A DNA stretch of 64,000 nt, taken from positions 1-64,000 of IMG/VR virus record IMGVR_UViG_3300021961_000033. One strand, given 5' to 3'. Within the stretch, counting starts at the first letter, position 1. Every line of letters begins with the position of its first letter. The translations under genes were made by a program, and so were the position numbers. Under the pieces are notes generated by a model. That model was not told where the DNA came from and ran no database searches. It saw only the letters and a program-made list of their open reading frames with translations. Below, one piece after another: positions 57,107 to 64,000 of this stretch. Source of the DNA: an uncultured virus (IMG/VR IMGVR_UViG_3300021961_000033). Taxonomy: Duplodnaviria; Heunggongvirae; Uroviricota; Caudoviricetes.

Positions 57107-58579
57107 TTAATTATCCTTGTTGAGGCTTTCTAAGAAGGCATCATACTTCTTGTAAAAACTTGTAGTGAAGTCTTCTTCTGCTTCAGCTACTTCCTCAATT
57201 TCTCTTGGCTCTTGATCCATTGGATTGTCACCACCTGCCGCAGCTGGATACATTTTCTTAGGACCGTTCATGCCGCCACTTAAACCAATAAGTTGCTCTT
57301 CAGCGTCCATGTATTCTTCTGCTGGATCATTAGCATATTCTTCTACTTTTTCCTGGTAGTCTGTGTAGCCTGCAAGACGCATAAGATCTGCTAGTGTGCT
57401 TACTGGAACTTCTACTGTTTCTTCAACTGCTTCTTCTTCAACTGCATCACATTCCTGTACTTCTGCTTCGTCAATCTCACCATTTATAGCTTGCCAGAAC
57501 TCTTCAGCTCCTTCTTTGGACATACCAAATTCCTCTGCACTATATTCAATAAAATCTTTGAGCTCCATGTCTTCTGCGGCTGCATGCATCATGTCTTTCA
57601 TACTGCCTTCTTCAAGTTCTAAACTTTCAGCAACTATACTAACTGGCTTGTTCATGCCAAGAACGCCACTACGGCCTGCTAATCTTAGAATGTCTTCTAG
57701 TGCAGTATTTTCTTCTTCAGATTCGTATACTTCTTCAATTTCTTCCATTTTAATTGCATCCCTGTTGTATTTTCCTGCAGGCTTTCCCCCACGTTTGAAC
57801 ATTGGCAGTACTGGTTCTTCGCCTGTACCAATGTCACTGTTTGTGCCTGCATTACCGCCTGCTGCTGTAGTTGGTATACCAGTATAACCTTTTCCTGGAG
57901 GCGGAAGTTCTTCTTTATCTACTTTACCTGGAAAAATATTTGCAGTATTTACGGTATCATTGGGATCTTCGCCTGCGCCTATGTCGCTGTTTGTGTTTGA
58001 GTAATCAGCTGATGGTTTACTAGGTTTTGCAGGTTCTTCGTCTGATGCTTTACCTTTAGCTTTGTCATCTAAACCTAAAATGTCTCGCATATCTTTAGCA
58101 AGTTTAGGATTTTTACCAAATGGTAGTTCTGAAGTTACACTTGGTCTAGTAGGTCTACCAGAGTCAGGATATTCATAGTCTACTTTTAGTTTTGCATTAG
58201 ATTCTGCATCTTTTAATTGATCGCCAAATCTTTTTCTAACTACGTCAGGTAACAATCCTTTAGCGGCAAGTGCTTTAGCACTTTTCATATTACCATATCC
58301 TGAAATCTCAGGACCATCGTTGCCCATATAGACATAGTAACCACTTTCAGGATCATACATGCCTGGTAAACTGTGCTTGTCCATAAAATCACCAAGAAGC
58401 TTTGTTCTTGCACGTTCGTTTTTACCAGCCATTGACTTTAGCAAATCTTGATATTCTGATTGAACATCCTCTGTTACTTGGTGTTTACTGGCAGCAGTAA
58501 TACCGCGTTGGATGTCTTCGTTATCATAACCTTTTTCAGCAATCTCTTTTAGTTTCTGCACTACATCAATCATATGCAT
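57107..58579 (-). CDS. Acidic virion head/internal protein
   Basis: Likely start at 58579; ILRLAG/LMRLAG, EEYANDP, GGMNGPK, GGDNPM. Confidence 0.65.
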   Translation of the reverse strand: MHMIDVVQKLKEIAEKGYDNEDIQRGITAASKHQVTEDVQSEYQDLLKSMAGKNERARTKLLGDFMDKHSLPGMYDPESGYYVYMGNDGPEISGYGNMKSAKALAAKGLLPDVVRKRFGDQLKDAESNAKLKVDYEYPDSGRPTRPSVTSELPFGKNPKLAKDMRDILGLDDKAKGKASDEEPAKPSKPSADYSNTNSDIGAGEDPNDTVNTANIFPGKVDKEELPPPGKGYTGIPTTAAGGNAGTNSDIGTGEEPVLPMFKRGGKPAGKYNRDAIKMEEIEEVYESEEENTALEDILRLAGRSGVLGMNKPVSIVAESLELEEGSMKDMMHAAAEDMELKDFIEYSAEEFGMSKEGAEEFWQAINGEIDEAEVQECDAVEEEAVEETVEVPVSTLADLMRLAGYTDYQEKVEEYANDPAEEYMDAEEQLIGLSGGMNGPKKMYPAAAGGDNPMDQEPREIEEVAEAEEDFTTSFYKKYDAFLESLNKDN

Positions 58580-58580
58580 A

Positions 58581-59093
58581 TTACTTTTCCTTTGCAAACT
58601 CATACTTGCGAGTTTCTAAATCTTTCAACATGTTCTCGTTGTATTTGTCGCCGAAATGATCCTCTACTTTGACAGCGTCTGCATCTTTATAATCGGCATC
58701 GTCGAGTTTGGTAATGTATTCCGCACCTTCCTCTTGGAGTGCTTCTTCTCTAGCAATCTCTTCTGGATGATCTTTGTTTATTACTACTAATTGGTTGGCA
58801 GGTATACCAACTACTTGGCTAATGTATTCATATAATTGGTAAGCAGTTACTGGGTATGTAACTTCAGCATCCATTAAGTAAACTTCTGCATTACTTAATG
58901 TCTGGAAATCTGTTGGGTGCTCCTGGATAGGTGTGCGCTTTGGTTTACTTAAACTTTTTAGCTCATACTTTTCTAGGGCTGTTTCTAGTTTATCAAGTGT
59001 TTCTTCATTACACTCACAAGCAACCTTCAACCTAAACTGATAGGTTTTTTGTGCTTCCATTAGATATGTTTTTAAACTTTTCATAGCATTCAT
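58581..59093 (-). CDS. Conserved head-associated protein
   Basis: MKSLKTYLMEA.KTY.FR.KVA; TPIQE.P.DF. Confidence 0.6.
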   Translation of the reverse strand: MNAMKSLKTYLMEAQKTYQFRLKVACECNEETLDKLETALEKYELKSLSKPKRTPIQEHPTDFQTLSNAEVYLMDAEVTYPVTAYQLYEYISQVVGIPANQLVVINKDHPEEIAREEALQEEGAEYITKLDDADYKDADAVKVEDHFGDKYNENMLKDLETRKYEFAKEK

Positions 59094-59105
59094 CCTATTG
59101 TATAT

Positions 59106-59579
59106 TTAGCTATTTTTACTTAAAATTTCCTGTAGTAGTGTATTTCTGTCTAGTACCACGCCATCACCGTCACTTATGTCTTGACCATAACTTACATCAC
59201 TCTTTTTTAGGTCTAGATTTGCTTTTTTAAGCTGTAACTCTACCATTTTAAGTTTTTTGTTTATCTTGTTTGTTTTTGCAGTAAGAGCAGTGTCTAGCAT
59301 CTTACTTGCATTGTTAAATATTTCTCCAGCAAAGCGTGCTTCTACATTCATACCAAGATCCATTAGATCCTGAAATGTTTGCTTTGCTGTATCTGCTATT
59401 TCGTCTAGCTCTCTATCGCTTGTCTCAAGGTCTCTGATAGTTGGCAATGCTGCGTCTATTTTGTCTACAGCTTCTAGTGTATCTTTTAATACAGGAACAT
59501 CTTTTGCAGTTGTCTCTGTTTCTTTAGGTTCCTCGTCAATTTCTGGCAAGTCAAATAGGGATTCAAGTTTTTTTGTCAT
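59106..59579 (-). CDS. Probable terminase small subunit
   Basis: Helical FQDLMDLGMNVEAR and C-terminal VLDRNTLL; lies near the large subunit. Confidence 0.45.
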   Translation of the reverse strand: MTKKLESLFDLPEIDEEPKETETTAKDVPVLKDTLEAVDKIDAALPTIRDLETSDRELDEIADTAKQTFQDLMDLGMNVEARFAGEIFNNASKMLDTALTAKTNKINKKLKMVELQLKKANLDLKKSDVSYGQDISDGDGVVLDRNTLLQEILSKNS

Positions 59580-59587
59580 ACATTTAC

Positions 59588-60022
59588 TTAGCGTTTTTTA
59601 CCACTGTGGAAAATATCAGACTCATTAATAATCCTAAAATTAAGTCCTTTTAGTCTACACCATTTTGCTGCGGCTTCCCACTTGGCATGGTTTAGTGCAA
59701 TCTGTAGTTTTTCCTGTGGTCTTGTTTTGTCTGTAAGTCTAGTTTGACTTGCGGGTTTGACTTCTATAAGTTCTGCTCTTTTGCTGCCGCTTTTATTTTG
59801 GTATACAATAAGAAAGTCTGGAACATAAACACTTTGTTTGCCTGTAAGAGGGTTCCGGTAAGGTATTTGGACTGCTTCACTAGCCCAACTTACTACACTA
59901 GGGTGATTGTCTGCAAAACGCATAAAGGCATGTTCCCAACTACTTCTGTAGCGTGGCTTGCGATTACCTGCATATTTTTCAGCATTTACTACTTCATATA
60001 TGCCATTTGCCCAGTTAGCCAT
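59588..60022 (-). CDS. 4: Head completion nuclease (T4 gp4/TnsA-like)
   Basis: YRSSWE, WASE..IPY, YVPDF, IEVKP, N.AKWEAA. Confidence 0.9.
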   Translation of the reverse strand: MANWANGIYEVVNAEKYAGNRKPRYRSSWEHAFMRFADNHPSVVSWASEAVQIPYRNPLTGKQSVYVPDFLIVYQNKSGSKRAELIEVKPASQTRLTDKTRPQEKLQIALNHAKWEAAAKWCRLKGLNFRIINESDIFHSGKKR

Positions 60023-60390
60023 TAGGTTATAACCTGTTGTTTGACTCGTGAAGGTGTAATTTTTGCATTTTTATAACCTAACAAACTTACACCTTTTCTG
60101 CTTAGATTTAAGAACAATGGTATAGTATTAGGATCTGAATTTGTTTTAAATTGGTCTATAACATCTGTCGCATATAGATTTAATTCGTTTATACAATTAA
60201 TAATTGCTGCCGTAAGAGCAGCAGCACTGTCGGTATTACTAGTCCTGTTAACGCAAAAACTTTTCACAAGTTCATAATCGTTTTCATTTATTTTTGCGTT
60301 TGGAGAAAAGTAAGTATCAAAAAAGTCATTTACTTTTTTGTCTATATCATCATTAATGGTTATAAGTGGTAAACTAGTATCTTGAGCCAT
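60022..60390 (-). CDS. Hypothetical structural protein
   Basis: 122 aa, LNLSR..SLLGY. Confidence 0.6.
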   Translation of the reverse strand: MAQDTSLPLITINDDIDKKVNDFFDTYFSPNAKINENDYELVKSFCVNRTSNTDSAAALTAAIINCINELNLYATDVIDQFKTNSDPNTIPLFLNLSRKGVSLLGYKNAKITPSRVKQQVIT

Positions 60391-60401
60391 AGAGTAATAC
60401 C

Positions 60402-61796
60402 TTATATGTTAAATTCTAAATTCCTGCGTTGAATTAGATCGTCTCTTTCTTTTGTTACAAAGGTAACATCTTGCCCAGCACTAGCATTGTTTATTTGTGT
60501 GTTTAATTGATTTATACGATCTGTTAAGAAGGAAAGTTTTTTATCTTTTGATTCAGATACTCCTGGCGCTGTATTTGCTGCTACTCCGTCGCTTAAAAAT
60601 CTAGGACTGCCAGGACTTCTAGTAGTGCTTGGATTAAATATACCGCTGCCAAAACTAAGAGGATCGTTTATTATATTGCTAACGCCACTAAACAAACCAC
60701 TAGTAACATTACCACTATTACTGGTTACAATAGATGAAGTTCCGGCATTAACATTTCTATCCACAGGAGCACCTGTACCACCTATTCTATCACCCCCTAT
60801 ACCAACAGTGTTTCTTATAATATTATCTGCACCAAATATAGTAGGTAGTATTACATCACTAAGTGGATTATTTCCACGCAAAACGCTACCCAAAACTCTT
60901 GTAAGGTCTTTTTCCAAAACTTGACCCAAGTTTGCATCTTTGGTATTATTAAAGATTATAGCACCTTTTGCTATTGCTCCGAGTATGTTTCCACTAGCAA
61001 CATCTCGGGCAACAGTGTTGATTGCTTCTATTAGTCCACCTCTAAAGAATATGCTATCTTCAAATCCAGCACCAAATACTCCAAGTGGACTAGGTGTTTT
61101 ATCATAATGTACTTCCCCAAAGCCTTTGGGTGTAACATTGTTAACAAAACCTGTTGCATACTTTACAGTTTCATAGTTAATTTGCATCGTATGTTGCATA
61201 AATCCGCTATTTGCATAACTATGGTTGTCATGGCCAAATGCATTAATAATAGGATTAATTAGAATATACTCTGCAAATCTTTTTTGCAACATACTATATA
61301 CTCTAATATCTTTAAAAAATCTTTGCTGGCCTGTTGCTAAACCATAACTGTCACCGTTATGATTAAAGTACCTGTCATTAGTATTGTAAGACTTACCGCC
61401 TAGGGCATATCTGGAGTCTGCATAGTGATAACTTGCATAAGTGTGTAACAAACTTCTTATAATATCCTTTTGATCATCATGAAATGTTACAGTTACAGGA
61501 TTATAATTTAATTTATGTTGAGTATGTACTTGTCTGTTATATTGATTATGTGTTTGCACATCAAAATTAAAACTAGGCAAATCAATGCTTTTTACTAGCA
61601 TGTTAATTTCAAGTTTTTCTTGATTATCAAATAGTGCTGCTGCTTGAGGAGTTAAATTAAAAACAACATGAAATAGATGAGAATATCGTGGTTGCAACTC
61701 ATAGTTATTATCCACAAACAATCTAGATGCATGTTGGAAATCTCTTATGTGATCTCCTTTAGATATAGCATTTAATAAAACATTGACACTAGCCAC
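60402..61796 (-). CDS. Tail-tube-fold baseplate/tube initiator-like protein
   Basis: VKSIDLPSF, NQYNR, VTFHDD, INP.I..F.HD. Confidence 0.6.
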   Translation of the reverse strand: MASVNVLLNAISKGDHIRDFQHASRLFVDNNYELQPRYSHLFHVVFNLTPQAAALFDNQEKLEINMLVKSIDLPSFNFDVQTHNQYNRQVHTQHKLNYNPVTVTFHDDQKDIIRSLLHTYASYHYADSRYALGGKSYNTNDRYFNHNGDSYGLATGQQRFFKDIRVYSMLQKRFAEYILINPIINAFGHDNHSYANSGFMQHTMQINYETVKYATGFVNNVTPKGFGEVHYDKTPSPLGVFGAGFEDSIFFRGGLIEAINTVARDVASGNILGAIAKGAIIFNNTKDANLGQVLEKDLTRVLGSVLRGNNPLSDVILPTIFGADNIIRNTVGIGGDRIGGTGAPVDRNVNAGTSSIVTSNSGNVTSGLFSGVSNIINDPLSFGSGIFNPSTTRSPGSPRFLSDGVAANTAPGVSESKDKKLSFLTDRINQLNTQINNASAGQDVTFVTKERDDLIQRRNLEFNI

Positions 61797-61847
61797 AGAT
61801 TTACTCCATATAATGTATTTATCCTAAAAAATATATGCTATTATAAC

Positions 61848-61869
61848 AAAAAACCTCCCTTGCGGGAGG
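61848..61869 (-). terminator. Intrinsic terminator
   Basis: CCUCCC-GCAA-GGGAGG-UUUUUU. Confidence 0.85.
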
Positions 61870-61895
61870 CTTAATGCGTAATGATTAATTAGTAA

Positions 61896-62513
61896 TTAAC
61901 CTGTTACTGTTTGTCCTAGGTTTCTTGCAACTGTCGCACCTACACCATCACCAATTGGTGTTTGCACTGCGTTATCAAAACGTATACTTGCAGTAATAGT
62001 TACTGGTTCGTTGCTTGCATAAGCAAGGGTGTTATAGTTAACATTCTGAAGGAAGCAACCATATAGTTCCCAAGTTTCTAGAACGTTGGCTGCACTTGCT
62101 CCATTACCACCATCAAGTATTTCGAATCTTGTAATAAATTTGTAGTCAATACCTGCTGCGGCACTGGCTTGTTCCATAACATCAAATTGCTTTTGAATCT
62201 GTTCACCAAGTAGTCTTGTTACACTACCATTTACATCATCGCGGAAATTGACTGTGCACATATCCCATACATGTTTGCCTGCTAGGTAAACACGGCTATT
62301 GTAAACTGGTATTTCCATTTCTTCAAATGTTACGCTAGGGCGAGTAATATCCATTACCTGCTTTGTTAATTCTGTACGTGGAGTAGACACGCCAAGATTT
62401 TCAAACATTGCACGGAAGCGATATTGGAGCTTAGGCATTAACAAGCCTTGTGCATTTGCTGACTGATCACTGTCTAAAGGTACAGTAAATTTTAATAGTG
62501 ATGAAACTGACAT
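61896..62513 (-). CDS. 19: Tail tube protein (gp19-like)
   Basis: PKLQYRFR, YLAGKHVW, RDD, WELYGCF, IRFDNA; directly after the sheath. Confidence 0.88.
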   Translation of the reverse strand: MSVSSLLKFTVPLDSDQSANAQGLLMPKLQYRFRAMFENLGVSTPRTELTKQVMDITRPSVTFEEMEIPVYNSRVYLAGKHVWDMCTVNFRDDVNGSVTRLLGEQIQKQFDVMEQASAAAGIDYKFITRFEILDGGNGASAANVLETWELYGCFLQNVNYNTLAYASNEPVTITASIRFDNAVQTPIGDGVGATVARNLGQTVTG

Positions 62514-62612
62514 ATGTCTGCCTCCTTAATATAATAATATTTATCTGAAAGTGGTCATGAAAAATGGGGCAAACTTTGAGTCTACCCCATAATTTCATGC
62601 TTTTCTTATGCC

Positions 62613-64000
62613 TTAAACAGCATTTGCACTGGCTACGTTGCCGCCTTCTATCTCGCCTGTATTCTTAAGTCTAATTGGAATGTAAATAAATTCCGCAGCC
62701 TTAACTGGTTCAATAGCAATGTCAACATATAGTTCGTTACGATCAATTCTTGTTGGTGTATTGTTTGTTTCATCACAAACTACCAAGTAATCGTAAATGC
62801 CACGCTTTTGTACAAGATCATTCATTAACTGCTCAACTTGTTGTTTGAGTTCATCGCGTGTAATTTTGTCGTTTGGTTCAAACACAAAACCTATAGCAGT
62901 TGCCTGTAATTGTCTACGGAGATATGCTACAAGTCTTGCTACATTAATGCGGTCTAGTGCACTTGCTGTAGTTGCTCTAGTCTTGTTGCCGTAGTTTAGG
63001 ATTCCTGTTCCGTTAAAGAAAGTAATTGGGTTAACTTTATTGCTATAAAGTGTATCACGCAAACTTTCTCTAATGTTATCAACTACAAACTCGCCTGTTG
63101 CACTATTAATGTAACCAATACTGCTTACATTGTCTACAAGGCCACGTCTGCTACCAGCTGGTGCTAACCATGGGAAGCTCTGATCATCACTTCTGCTAAT
63201 AGCTCTTAGCATCATGTGACTTGCTGGAACTGTAATAGTATTACCACTTAGGTCATTTGTTTGGCCTGCTGGATAAAATACACCAAGATATGGATCAGCA
63301 GTTACTAAGCCGTCTTCTCCATCTCCGCCTGCATTACCAGCATTACTTGCCCAGTTTTGTATTGCGGTGCCTGTAGCAGCCAATCTCATGCTTGTATCAG
63401 CAACAACAAATGCTGTATTGCGTCTGTCATTGTTTAGGCTTACCATGTTGCTAATGAGCTCTGGATAACCTGGTGCTGCAATAATGTTGAAGTTTCTTGA
63501 GTCTTCTCTAAGCTCTTCACTACCGTCAATAGCTGCTTTCATTGCTGCTGTTACAACTTGGCGAACTGCTTTGCGGCCCATATATGCACTACCGTCGTTG
63601 CGGTTACCGCTTGCTGTTACCCATGCATCCTTTTCTGTTGGAAGTGTTGGGTAAAGTGTTGTATCGCTAAAGTTCGTTCTACTAAAGTAATTTTTGCGGA
63701 ACTGCTTAACATTGTAACTGCTTCTGCGTGTGTTGAAAAGTAGCATACCTCTTGGATATAATGTTGCGTCTGGTGCATCAATATCAACAGTATTGCTTGT
63801 TAGCAAACTCTTTGTTGTTGGAATAGTACCTGTTACAACATCAGTTGATGTGTCGCCCATAAAGCGAGCGTCAGCAAATAGTATACCATTTTCTGTTGTT
63901 TGATCTGTATTATCTATTAATACCCAACGATTTTCACCGCTTACTGTTTGGTAACGATAAAGTTTTGGATAGTTTTCTAAATCACTAGTGTCAAGCCACA
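62613..64000 (-). CDS. 18: Contractile tail sheath protein (5' part outside the window)
   Basis: Frame open to 64000; PWLAPAG.RRG, RDTLY.NKVNPI, DRINVARL, FEPND, IEPVKAAEFIYI. Confidence 0.95.
   Translation of the reverse strand, partial: WLDTSDLENYPKLYRYQTVSGENRWVLIDNTDQTTENGILFADARFMGDTSTDVVTGTIPTTKSLLTSNTVDIDAPDATLYPRGMLLFNTRRSSYNVKQFRKNYFSRTNFSDTTLYPTLPTEKDAWVTASGNRNDGSAYMGRKAVRQVVTAAMKAAIDGSEELREDSRNFNIIAAPGYPELISNMVSLNNDRRNTAFVVADTSMRLAATGTAIQNWASNAGNAGGDGEDGLVTADPYLGVFYPAGQTNDLSGNTITVPASHMMLRAISRSDDQSFPWLAPAGSRRGLVDNVSSIGYINSATGEFVVDNIRESLRDTLYSNKVNPITFFNGTGILNYGNKTRATTASALDRINVARLVAYLRRQLQATAIGFVFEPNDKITRDELKQQVEQLMNDLVQKRGIYDYLVVCDETNNTPTRIDRNELYVDIAIEPVKAAEFIYIPIRLKNTGEIEGGNVASANAV

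Noticed and set aside
57820..58000. Internal peptide repeat NTNSDIGAGED/GTNSDIGTGEE
   Set aside because: Only two copies in a low-complexity linker; no function can be supported.
64..63743. Many 60-160 aa ORFs antisense to or nested in real genes (e.g. 64..408, 1045..1428, 13153..13584, 57396..57887)
   Set aside because: They are shadow frames of well-supported genes, Ser/Leu-biased, with no recognisable motifs or RBS.
1..64000. Stop-codon reassignment
   Set aside because: Core genes are intact in the standard code, and TAA, TAG and TGA all terminate genes.
1..64000. tRNA, rRNA, integrase, transposase or reverse transcriptase/DGR
   Set aside because: No cloverleaf or diagnostic motifs seen by eye, and intergenic gaps are short; tRNAscan-SE and Infernal would be needed to exclude them formally.

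Overview
A 64-kb stretch of a large T4-like (probably jumbo) myophage genome, read in the standard code and mostly on the minus strand. Structural and packaging genes: tail sheath (runs off the right end), tail tube, gp4-like head-completion nuclease, terminase and many Glu-rich head or internal proteins. T4-type replication and recombination core: gp32 SSB, UvsX, UvsY, UvsW, gp41 helicase, primase and clamp-loader small subunit, plus two different cut-down family-C (DnaE-like) polymerase genes. A ~16-kb glycan synthesis and modification island (about 27.9-43.7 kb) and paralogous SGNH, sulfotransferase-like and 2OG-oxygenase genes are wedged between the core genes. The least explained signals are non-coding. 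(1) A structured minus-strand RNA at 25394-25500 has a 21-nt anti-Shine-Dalgarno loop that matches the RBSs of the phage's own early genes. (2) Three leaders share a TAAATA promoter, a stem and four AGGC repeats; they lie upstream of gp32, the PHP-less DnaE and an XhlA-like membrane protein. (3) Sigma70-type promoters have a uniform 16-bp spacer. (4) Many mRNAs appear leaderless. Product calls come from motifs read by eye; no database search was run. Two ORFs are labelled on the wrong strand in the supplied track (17769..18143 and 42041..42937 are on +), and several small ORFs missing from it are added.
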